A stretch of 64,000 nt of DNA from contig NMRA01000184.1 of NCBI GenBank assembly GCA_002633005.1, positions 499,255-563,254 of the forward strand, in the 5' to 3' direction. Shown here in pieces: positions 52,816 to 64,000 of the stretch (its first letter is position 1; each line of letters starts with the position of its first letter). Origin of the DNA: Phoronis australis (taxonomy: Eukaryota > Animalia > Phoronida). The notes beneath the pieces were generated by a model. The model made no database searches, had not been told where the DNA came from, and saw only the letters and a list, made by a program, of their open reading frames with translations. Position numbers and translations under genes: made by a program.

Positions 52816-55800
52816 CGCATGGATTACACTAAACTATCGAAAATCACATCAGGTGATCCATGAAAGCGGCCTCTCCAACATTTTCACCAGACTACAGAAA
52901 TATTTTCAATTGCGAGTTGTCAAGAAACAGTCCATAAATCACAATCTCCATGAATTTGCGTTTTTTGCCGGCAGTGTTCACCTGTTCAACTGTGGCAACT
53001 ATTTTGTTTGTGCTCCCTTAGAAATTAAAAAAAAAAATGAAAATAGAAAATTACATTTGTCTCTCATGCTCTCCCGGTCAATACTCTGATGAGTACATTT
53101 CGCCAATCTGAAAAAAGACTCGACAACTAATTAATGACCTACAATTAACTCAAAGGGCACAGTTTGCCTCTTAATTATTATGTTGTGTTGTCATGTGACG
53201 GTTCAGCATGTACAGGTTTTCTTTTGTCTTCATAGAGTATTTTTGACAATTAAAAGCTTACCTTGTAAAACATTGATGAGTGCTTTAGTGAACTTAGATG
53301 CAGTCTGACATTAGGAAATCTATCCGACCCCCACCCCCCACCCTAAACAACAAACTGCACTAGATAATTTTTGCCAATCTGAGACAACCTTTCAAGAAAT
53401 TGCCCTTTTGGTGAATTTTGACTTAGGTTGGTGAAATTCCGGCAGTTCGAAATCGTTTTGCAACCTCTAGAAACATGGGCACACGTGTTTCAACAAGCGA
53501 TTTTGAAAATGTCTACCATCTGATGCCTTAAAACGTACCTTAAGGCTCCTGGAACTTGAAAAACAGACTAAACTGAATTATTCAAAGTGGTTCTCTGCCA
53601 CTGTAACAGAATTCAGAGTGCTCAAGTATTTTCACGGTTTGCGCGTAAAAATTTTGAATTTCTGTTAATGTCAAAGAATTTTTGTTTTTGTTTCAAATTT
53701 TAAGAAAGATCTGTCATCTGTTATCACTTCGTTGATTTTTCTCGCACAAAGCAAATCACGTTTCCTTATCTGGTATGGCAAGACCTAAGCGTAGAAAATT
53801 TCTCTTACACGGAAAATGTGATTTGTGACATTGGATGTAAACGAATTTTTGACTTCATGCAGCAGCCGGATTAAGAGGCAATTGATGTTTAGTTACACAG
53901 GTATCGTAAGATTTAAATATATTCTAAAACGTACTTGGAATTCTCTTTAGGAAATCTCTTGGTTTGCTGGCTTGCCTCCTACTGTGGTATCAACATCAGA
54001 TTCGGAGTGCAATCTCACATGATATTCTGATGTTAAAGATGCTATGTCTCATTAAAACCGTGAATATTTAAATGTGTAGCAAGCGCTACCTTGTGACTAC
54101 CTGAAGAACTGTGTGCACTAGTATAATCAGGAAAAAAACAATATTTAAATAAATTACGGTTTTAAAAAACACAACTGAAACACTTAAAAACAAGTGTGAC
54201 CATACAGAAAACCCCAGTAATTCCAAATTTTACGCAGCCGTTTTTTGATTGTGAAACGAACAAATAATAAAAACTGTGTTTTGTTCCGTTAGGGTAACGA
54301 TGACATGTTACCATACTCATATACATAAAAAATAGTCTTGCAAAATGAGACTTTCGCGAGATTGTAATGTTAATTGGTTCTCGGATGGTTTCCGGCTCAC
54401 CGGAAGATAAGGAGGTTGTTTGCTTAACTAGCACTTCATTTGCATATAAACAATTTAATGAAACAGAGCATCTTTTTAAAATATCTATCTTGTCACTCAG
54501 CTCATTGTCGAATGACTGTGAGTGCATGCCCGCACTTATAAGTGGGAGGAAGATTAGAAACTATATGTTGACTACAGAGTTTTTACTTCGCGCGTATTTA
54601 AAAAATCGTGAATTTTGTGTGATTTTTGTGGAAATTCCCTCACAGGGGTTGTGAATGACTGTTTGGTATTGTTTAAATATATTTTTGACGAGCTTTCGCG
54701 TTCCATGCCTCTTCAAGATTGACCCTAGATACCGGTAATAAAGTGGAATTAATATGCCTCACTATCCAACATAGACAAAATTATAATAGAAGTTTTCGAG
54801 ACAATATTTCGTTTACTCAGTTCTAATGATGTCATTTCTCCATATTTCACAGCCCGCGGCAGGAGTTTTTACGGTACTATTATATACCCCTAACGTGTGA
54901 TTTCGGCTGTACATCTTTTTGAGACCCTAACAGTGAAATACTCCCCTGAAAATGATAATCATGACCTGAACACATAAGTGTGTTTAGACCTTAACGATCT
55001 AAAGTCACCTTTCTCATAAAGCACCAGGTTTCTGCCACCCAGGGGTCAGTCCCCTAAACACCAAAATCTGCTCACCCATAGCGGGGAGGGGGTGGCATTA
55101 GAAGAGACCTGAAGTTTGGGAGCAAATTTTTGATGAAATCGAGTTAGTTTTATCTGTACGTTCTATTTCCGTTACCAACTTTTAAGTTGGTAACTTAATA
55201 GTCACCAGGTAATGCGCACAAGCGCCAGCTTTGATATAATGATACAAGGAATATAAATATTTTTAAATGTAGGCTTGCTATGGTCCAAAGATGATTGAAA
55301 TATTAAGTACTGGCTTAAAGTTAATACAGTATTAACCTCCTGAAAATTAAGTTCAAAATACATATTTAAATACTTTGTTTAGTTATACTACTTAACAAAG
55401 ATTGATCTTTGGACCGCTGCACCTGTACTAATGAACAACCACAAAACAAATGAACAAAAAATTCAATACTTTCTCTTCAACATGTAATCTGTTTGGATAT
55501 TGTTCATTTGATGATGATGTATGTGAGTACATCGAAATATGTCGGAACGTGAATATCTTGCTCAATTTATTAACATTATCTTCAGTGACAACATGTCATA
55601 TTCTGTTTACGAAAATTTTGCATCATCGTTTCACTCCACCAACGGGCAGTCTGGAGTGCTGTAGGCACCGTCACCATCTTGCAAACATCGTGGAGATAGG
55701 CAAGTTCTATATCCTGAAACTGACCGTCGTTTCGTCATAACTACAAGGACTGGCACTGGTATCACAAAACAAGAAATTCCGACGCAAGGATAAGGTTTAA

Positions 55801-56477
55801 CATTTCAATTGCTTTCGAAGGCGCTGTTGACTTAGTGTGCAGAGTTAAACAGTTCCCAGCTCAGTTTCAAGGCCCCATTGCTGGCGTAATCTTTGGGCTA
55901 GAATCGAACTGAGACTTTCCAATCTTTCTTATACACTAAAATTCTGCCAAAAAACCTATACAATGACGAAACAAGTTCGAATGGTCGGCCCGTACAGTAC
56001 TCGCACACGACTCAAGTTGTACCGAAGACCAGCTGTGCCCATGATGGCGTGGGTTCCGCTTACCCTACTGCCACCAATATACATAACAAAATACGTCAAG
56101 GAAAAGAGGAAATATTCTGAAACTTTCGCCAGAATCTTCCCAACAGATATCCCGTATTGTAACCCGCCGTGGCGTAATTGGAAAGACAACCATAAGTTTA
56201 ATTATAAAAAGAAAGGTTTTAATGATTGTTTTAAATAAATTAATCCAATTATGATTTTAACATCTTAAGGAAGAAGTGGACATGTTCATATTTGGAATAA
56301 TGCCAGAAGCCGTTGCACGCCTGTCTCCTGTCATAAAATAGACATACTGTTTGACTAAAGACGGCGTAAAATGAGCCAACTGCCATGTTAAATACATGTA
56401 TTTTTGTGCAACATATCTTTGTTTCGCTAATTACCACACACTTTATGGACAGCCCCTACGCACCGCCTCTACGCACC

Positions 56478-56562
56478 AGAAAGTTCAAGAACCTCAGCTG
56501 GGAATCGAACCACAGGCCTGTAGATTGCCGGTCTGGCGCTCTTACCAATGAGTTACTGAGGA
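56478..56562 (-). mobile_element. tRNA-derived SINE head or tRNA pseudogene
   Basis: Minus strand tcctcagtaactcattggtaagagcgccagaccggcaatctacaggcctgtggttcgattcccagctgagg has an A box, a B box (GGTTCGATTCC) and acceptor-like pairing, but the anticodon stem is broken. Confidence 0.62.
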
Positions 56563-56567
56563 CCCAA

Positions 56568-56920
56568 CATCTGTGCAATTACTGTTTGCACCCAACAGTT
56601 ATGTCATACATCCCATAAACGACGTTTCCCCGTTTCGCACGAGATTTGGACCATTATATAATCAATTTACCATAGCACTCGACCGGCAATCTAGAGACCA
56701 GTGGTTCGATTCCCAGTTGGGGTTCCTGATTTTTCTGTGTTTATTTGATATATTTCACTATTGGCCAATCTCAGTGTATATATATTTACTATATCTAATT
56801 AACATATACTGGTAAATTGTTGACTATATAACTGTTCAAATCTCGTGTGCAAAAGGCGAAACTCCGCTCAAGGAATGTATGACATAACAGGTGGCTGCAA
56901 ACAGTAATTGTACAGGTATC
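56568..56920. repeat. ~105-bp diverged inverted repeat pair (56568-56672 / 56810-56920)
   Basis: caattactgtttgca, gttatgtcataca, cacgagattt and caatttacca all recur as reverse complements in the right arm. Confidence 0.8.
56674..56737 (+). mobile_element. 5'-truncated second copy of the same tRNA-like head, opposite orientation
   Basis: agcactcgaccggcaatctagagaccagtggttcgattcccagttgggg aligns with the minus-strand copy. Confidence 0.6.
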
Positions 56921-57639
56921 GTCGAGGTTGGTATCACATAACAGAGAACTGTCAGTTCTTCGAAAACCTAGAATTTACTTCTCATCTGAGTGATGACACT
57001 AAGTCATCTAAATCAACAAACTGCTTGTTGGACGGAATGTGGGTCTCTTTTATAGATTGCCATCAGCTTTATGAATGACGCCAGTCCGGGTTTTCTCCAG
57101 TAAGTGTTGTTCTTCAATATGTTTCACCATTTACTGGTGACAAATATTACGTATTCTTGTAGCTGCAAGCGCAGGTAAGAAAATAAAGTACCTGAACATA
57201 GCACATCATTTGACGCGGAGATGCAATTTGATTTCAGAAAGAAAAGACCTTGATGGTTCGCTTCCACAACTTACCCTCGCATTCCCCAAAGCAATATAAA
57301 TTTTGTACAGACTTGGAAGAATCAAAGCGAAGAACTTCAGTGTTGGAAAGGCTTCTCAGTGAGAATGAGGATGACCTTAATAATGTGAACAGACATCGAA
57401 TATTCAACGTGTATATGGAGAGAATGATTTCCCATCTTTGGGACCTGCTTTGTTCAGCACAATTAGCTCATCTTGAAAAAAAGAACAGAATTTCGAAATT
57501 TGAATTTTGCATTGAACATAATATTGATTTTTGCAACCGAAAATATTTGTAAATATATAGACGCTGAGGTTGGCCAGTAATGAAATATATCAAATCATTT
57601 GAAAATATTTGTGAAAAACAAATTAATTTTAGCGTTGGT

Positions 57640-59321
57640 CTACACATTAGGCCTATTTACATGTACGTTTTAATTATCATTTGAACGTACCGAGCAAAAT
57701 CACAACTTTAATCGTCATTTCGTTAACCGCTAAAGTAATGAATTTTGCTTGGCACATCCCCAGCAAAATCTGACAGCTATAATAAATCTCTCGGAGTACC
57801 TGCTGATAACTGTTGTGGTTCACCAAACGCATTCGCACTTAATGGCTTTGCGGCACTTTCCTTGAAGCACAAAACGTGAATTGTTTTAGTTTATTCCGAA
57901 AATGTGACCAAAGTGAGATTGCAAGACCTTAATCGGTTTTAGGGTGGTAATAAGCAACGCCTCTCCAAATACTAACTTCTACGTGTCTTCAGTGGACGAC
58001 TGTAGACACCGCCAGGTCACCACTCCAACTGTCAGCCTTTTTGCTTCAAGTGAATGACATCACCAGTGGTCACGTGCTCCGGATTATGGCAAGTGTTTAA
58101 TTCTGCATCATTTTTTATCAAGCGGTGATCACATCTTCAGTGACATGTTTTTTCCTGCATCACAATTTCTTGGTGTAAATGCTTATACTTTTATGTGTTT
58201 TGTGTAAAGTATTCTATAGTGGAAAAGGAAATACTATTCATTTGGACATTCTTGTTTTGGGCATTATTTCAATTTCTGAAAAGTAAAAATTGACTTTCCA
58301 TCCAAGTCAGTTTATTTCGTAAAGAGTTTAGCTAGTGGTATCAAAACAATCATCTCTAGTCCCCTAAGCGAAAGATGATGGTCATTTTGTACCTGGTGAT
58401 ATGCAAATTGGCAAGGGTTGTTCACAGTAACCAAGGTCGGGTGGCAAGTGACTTAAACACATCATACCCANCTACACATTAGGCCTATTTACATGTACGT
58501 TTTAATTATCATTTGAACGTACCGAGCAAAATCACAACTTTAATCGTCATTTCGTTAACCGCTAAAGTAATGAATTTTGCTTGGCACATCCCCAGCAAAA
58601 TCTGACAGCTATAATAAATCTCTCGGAGTACCTGCTGATAACTGTTGTGGTTCACCAAACGCATTCGCACTTAATGGCTTTGCGGCACTTTCCTTGAAGC
58701 ACAAAACGTGAATTGTTTTAGTTTATTCCGAAAATGTGACCAAAGTGAGATTGCAAGACCTTAATCGGTTTTAGGGTGGTAATAAGCAACGCCTCTCCAA
58801 ATACTAACTTCTACGTGTCTTCAGTGGACGACTGTAGACACCGCCAGGTCACCACTCCAATTGTCAGCCTTTTTGCTTCAAGTGAATGACATCACCAGTG
58901 GTCACGTGCTCCGCAAGTGAAATTTCATTCTGCATCATTTTTTATCAAGCGGTGATCACATCTTCAGTGACATGTTTTTTTCTGCATCACAATTTCTTGG
59001 TGTAAATGCTTATATTTTTATGTGTTTTGTATGAAGTATTCTATAGTGGAAAAGGAAATACTATTCATTTGGACATTCTTGTTTTGGGCATTATTTCAAT
59101 TTCTGAAAAGTAAAATAAGTGAATTGGAATTTCTTCCCTTTTGACTTTCCATCCAAGTCAGTTTATTTCGTAAAGAGTTTAGCTAGTGGTATCAAAACAA
59201 TCATCTCTAGTCCCCTAAGCGAAAGATGATGGTCATTTTGTACCTGGTGATATGCAAATTGGCAAGGGTTGTTCAGAGTAACCAAGGTCGGGTGGCAAGT
59301 GACTTAAACACATCATACCCA
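57640..59321. other. Probable assembly artefact: 57640-58470 repeated at 58472-59321 across N at 58471
   Basis: Same signature: single N junction, identical start, then allelic-type differences. Confidence 0.85.
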
Positions 59322-60596
59322 TATTTAACGGATTCGAGTAAAACACGTTCAGCGGTTCTTCAGTCATAATTTCAGATGTCCTCGTATAAAAATTCAACCA
59401 GCAATCCCTTTATTACACCGCCTGTCGACCAAACCAATTACTGGAAATGGAATCTTCCTCAAATTTCAATTTAAAATGTAGTCAAGTTTAATTTCGTAAA
59501 CTTGCGAACCATGAGTTTAACGTCTTTTTACATTTCTAAATGCAGAACACCCAATCCCGCATCAAGTAGTTTTTAATCTACTCTGTCATTTTAACATCAT
59601 CCAATCCTGTAAATGTCATGGCATCATCATACTTGTTTATGTAGTTTTAATTAAATTAGTTTATTTATGTATTAATATATAAACTTCGTTAAAGACACGC
59701 ATAGACTTTTTGTCAGTGAGCTTGATACTGGTACGTTCGTAATTTCGGAGCAATCTCCTTTCTTCTGGTGTGCAGGTATGAAGTGAAAGACCGAGAGACA
59801 TAACAAACAAGCAAACAAACAAACAAACAAATAAAAACAGTAGCTATATTTCGCGACTTCATGTCACATCATCACTGAAGCAATGAGCCTAATGAACATA
59901 TACAGAGCGAAATAAACAGTGAAATACACTTAGAGCGGGAAGAGGGGCAGAGAGTGTGAATGCAACACATTGAAGTACGGTAGGAAGCCCGTAACCCTAT
60001 CGAAACAGAGCCAGCGTGCGATACACACCTGTGAGCTGTTCATTCCGCAACAGTTTTTTCGTGACTGATCAATAGCGATTCCAGAATCTTTAGCCGAAAT
60101 ATGTCATTTTCAACATAGCTAATGATAGTATTGTCTATTATTCAGTTCTTGCCTAGTCATTTTTCGGCCATGTTTGTGTACAAAGTGATCTTGAATGGAC
60201 CTCCCTACATGTGCATAGACAACCGTCGCGAGAGAGAACACACCGTGTGTCCAATGCAACGCTGTTCACGCCTGAGGATGAAGGCATTCGTCAATATGAC
60301 ATGTGAATTGGTAAACAACATTACGTTTGGCCACTGGTCGTAGTCTTTCACGACTCTGGGGTTAGGTGACGTGACTTTATATTCTGATAATAAATAACTA
60401 CATCCAATCTATCACCAGGTTTTACCACCTTAAATTTATCCCTTACAATCTTCTCAAGCACATTTTCGTCACTCAGATAATGTTAGACATACAGTTCTTA
60501 GTGGTCCTGGTACTAGGTTCAGTGTCTACATAGGAGTCGATCCAGATATGAAAGACCTAACATGAATCAACAAAAGAATTAGAATAACCATTGTTA

Positions 60597-60830
60597 ACTA
60601 GAACTTATTTGATGCGTTGAACTTCAAGGTTGAATGCTTGCCAATCAGATGATGTCCTTGTCCATTATTGTGACGGTGGGTTTCGTACTCCAACTCGGAT
60701 TTATCATAAACCTGCGGTTATTGTTGCCTGTTTACATGCTACAAGTTACCTCAAGAGGGCGCACCGGATATCATCTGATTGGCAAGCATTTAACCTTGAA
60801 GTTCACTCAACGCATCAAACAAGTTCCAGT
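60597..60830. mobile_element. MITE-like element with ~60-bp terminal inverted repeats
   Basis: 60597-60657 is the reverse complement of 60766-60830 apart from a few substitutions and one 4-bp indel; TSD not clear. Confidence 0.7.
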
Positions 60831-61072
60831 ATCATGTTAGGCTTCCGCCATGAAAAATATCGTATGCTAAAGTAGGTTATCACAGGCTACTGAGCATAAT
60901 GTCCAAGTCAAAGGATCTCGACGACATGTTACCCGCATTAAAACTTAAGATCGATGATTTACAAGAGAAAGATGATGACAGATAAAATTTTACTGAATTG
61001 AAGATGTTGTTTTAATTAAAATTGTATGTCTTATTTTCAAAGCGTATAAAGGTCACGTACGATGAAGTCAGC

Positions 61073-61147
61073 TGCTGATTAGTGCAGCGGTTAAGTCGAC
61101 GGTTCGAAACTCTAGCACAGCGGTTCGACACCGGCCGCGGGTTCCCG
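61073..61147 (+). mobile_element. Decayed tRNA-like (SINE head) fragment
   Basis: A-box-like tagtgcagcggttaag and B-box-like ggttcgacacc at tRNA-like spacing; no good cloverleaf. Confidence 0.4.
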
Positions 61148-62345
61148 CCAAAATGTTATCCAACTTACGTTGAATAACTAAATGGGTTATTCAACTGTTG
61201 TATTGGCCATGTCATTCTGATAATGTGGTATAAACGTTTTATATATGTATCTATATATTGTTTAACTAATTATTCTGGTATTAAGCTTACTACAAGAGGT
61301 GAAATATGACGGAAATAACTAATCAGTTTTTGTGTCAAACGGTGTGTAATTATTTTAGTTTTTACCACTGCTTTTCCTCCTCACCCTTAGTTTGAACCAT
61401 TTTCTGATGCCAAATTAACAATCAATTCATACTGCAGCTGGCTGCCAAGATGGAAGGAATGGTATATGTACATGAACAAACTATGAAGACGGATATCTTT
61501 AGGTTAGAAAATGTGTATCTAATCATCTTACCCATTTGACGACCCTTGCATAATGACCCGTGCATTACAATGAAGGGGATACTGGCTGGTCCGCGTTATA
61601 ATCTTTGTACTCGAAATCTAACTCGATATTAGTTTTAACGCTTCTGTTCTATCTCTATTCCAACTTATGATAGTTGTAGATTATTCCGGACTGGATTCTA
61701 GTATGGATCAGTACGTGGATGACTGTGTACTAACCATGTTTTGTACTTGATATCCCCAGCATTAAAGCTATAAGTTCTAGTCTGAACTCGAAATCTCGAG
61801 CTTTTACTCTAAATATCAAGATTTCACTAGAGTTTGAACACGTATCAAATGATTATCAAGTGCATTTTCCATTCATATGAGTAATCCATAGTATGCCCTA
61901 GCAGAGAATAAATAGTTATCTGTCTTGAGTTTTTATTAAATGAAAAAAAAAATGTTAAAAATATTTTCAAGTTCCATTTCGAAGATAACGATAGGACGCC
62001 GAGCCGAGGACTTGACGCGTTATTTTCAATTTTTTGGAAATTGTAACTTTCGACTTTTTGCCGAAAGTAGTTACATTAATGGCTTCCTGTCTCGAATTTG
62101 CATCGAGTTCAGCAATAGAAAAACACTTTGAAATATTACATTGTGCGGTTGAAGTGGGCACAATGACCTCGCACATTTAGTTCCACAGTTTGTTTGAAAG
62201 TGCTCACAGCACTCAAGTGATGAATGCAACAGGTTTAGCGCTATTTTTTTCTTTTTTTCACTCAGTTCACGCTCCCAAGACCTAAATACCACTGCGACAA
62301 GAGATCAGGGGTCAATACAGAAGAGGAAACATGTTGCATGCAGAC

Positions 62346-62716
62346 GCGGAGTCAGAAATAACATGTCGCACAACACCGCTTAGCAAACTAGTTTCACAGT
62401 ACAAAGACACTTTCATCGATCTTATCGATACCCGACAAAATTCTGGCGCGGAGTCACAGGTTACATGTCGCAGAACACCCTTTAGCAAACAATTTTCACA
62501 GTACAAAGACACTTCCATTGATCATATAGATACTCAACAAAATTCTGGGACGGAGCCACAAACTAAATGTCTCACAACAACCCTTAGCAAAGAAATTTCA
62601 TCGTACAAAGGCACTTCCATGTATCTTATCGATACTCAACAAAATTCTGGTTCGGAGTCACAAATGACATGTCGCACAACACCGCTTATCAAGCTAGTTG
62701 CATAATACAAAGGCAC
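62346..62716. repeat. Tandem repeat 102 bp x~3.6
   Basis: Units start at 62346, 62448, 62550 and 62652 (cggagtcac...atgtcgcacaacacc.cttagcaaa...tacaaag.cacttt...caaaattctgg). Confidence 0.9.
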
Positions 62717-64000
62717 AGTTACGTCGACTCCTAAGAACGGACTAGGCAATAGTCTAAACAAAGGCACTTTACGGTATCCTCCTTGTCGGTGCAAGCTCGG
62801 AGTTATCAGGTCTCTCATCGGACGAGCGCAAAATTCTTAAGCGCTAACATGCAGACAAAAGAATCCGTGGAGTAAAAAGAATGAATATATATGGACTTGT
62901 TATTACCACAAGAAAAGTAGCATGGATCTCACATTAGTTCATAAGCGGACAATTTGCTAGGTGTCAAAAGAGGTCAAATGGAGGTAATACATTGCCTAAA
63001 CCACGTTTTTAAAGAGCAGTTGCGTGGGGCATTCGGATATTTTCGTAGTCATAGATTTTTCCTCGAAGGCATTTCTAAGATAGGTCTGGGCAACTGTTCC
63101 CGATGCCGTGCTTGCTCCTGATACTACTGAAACTAAAATGCCGGTGTAATATCAAAATGATAACTCCTCGGTGACAGGTCGTTATACATTGAAAACCGAA
63201 GGTGCTGATTTAGTGTTTTGCGCTCTACTTTCTAGTTCAGTCAACTATCACGTGAAACAAAGCCAAAGTGAGGTTCAACTCTGATATTCAATGCTTTTTG
63301 AATCCGTCTTTCCAACTACAAAGATTCGTTTTCCTAATATCCCAACAGCACTGACACCAGATTATATAATCGAGTACCCCCGGAGCCACAAGATCGAGCA
63401 TTTCCCAAGCCTATTCTAGTGGTACTCGGTATCGAAAAAATATCGATATCAAATTGACAATATGGATTTCGAGATCGACCGATTATCAAGTATCGGTAAC
63501 GAACCCTATTATTACTGCGCATGGCTGAAACCTTCGGGAAAATGCTTGACCACACGTTGATGTAATTTAATTATGATTGCCAGTTTGTATTAATTTATAA
63601 CATAGTTTTACAATACATAATTAAAAATAAATTTTTGTTTCGTGTTTGATTACACATTGTACTGTCGCAGCCCCCGTTTTGTCTGGCACGCGGTCGACCT
63701 TTCGCGAGATTTTTCGCTAATCATCCATTTTACGGTTTTATAAAATGCCAGCGGAAGATGATTATAGGCTAAGTTACTTTTAGGGCATAAGGTATCTCCG
63801 AAGAAATTGAAGTCTACGAAAATATCCGAGGTGTTTAGAAGTATTAGCTCCCTGCAGAGGAAATTTTTAATGTTTTTATTATGTTTTCTTTGTAAATATG
63901 TAATTAAAATAAAATAAAATAAAAATAAATTACCACTTAGAAGTTGCTTTTGAATTAAAGAAAATTCACTCTCAAAGATGTTGAATCACTTTCTTACAAT

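Noticed and set aside
52592-53089. 165-aa ORF
   Set aside because: Runs through a MITE; no domain
56478-56562. Functional tRNA gene (anticodon loop would read GGC)
   Set aside because: Anticodon stem is mispaired, the loop lacks the conserved U, and it sits in a repeat context
63418-63510. hAT-type MITE ending tatcggtaacgaacccta
   Set aside because: Left end matches poorly and no TSD found; too decayed to call

Overview
AT-rich eukaryotic (invertebrate animal) genomic DNA, not prokaryotic. The window holds one complete plus-strand gene, a class IA PI3-kinase catalytic subunit of the p110-alpha type (PIK3CA-like). By hand I assembled 18 coding exons (6323-48083) with GT-AG introns and consistent phases, totalling 3201 nt (1066 aa plus stop). 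Three of these exons are missing from the ORF track. A probable non-coding first exon ends at 3328 and the 3' UTR may reach about 52250. The reading frame is intact, yet the kinase domain deviates at normally near-invariant positions (human p110-alpha numbering from my recalled alignment): DRH is DRN, DFG is DYG, W780 is Arg, and the H1047 cancer-hotspot position is Tyr. Other structure includes a duplicated decoy splice acceptor, a 54-bp triplication of the C-terminal codons, a Helentron/HINE-like element with a ~145-bp array of CTCF-like motifs behind the stop codon, several MITEs, tRNA-like heads in interlocked inverted repeats, and minisatellites. Two weak candidate spliced transcripts lie outside the gene. 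Three apparent tandem duplications each sit across a single N and are most likely assembly artefacts. I found no convincing new multi-gene system. The strongest lead is the altered active site of the PI3K.
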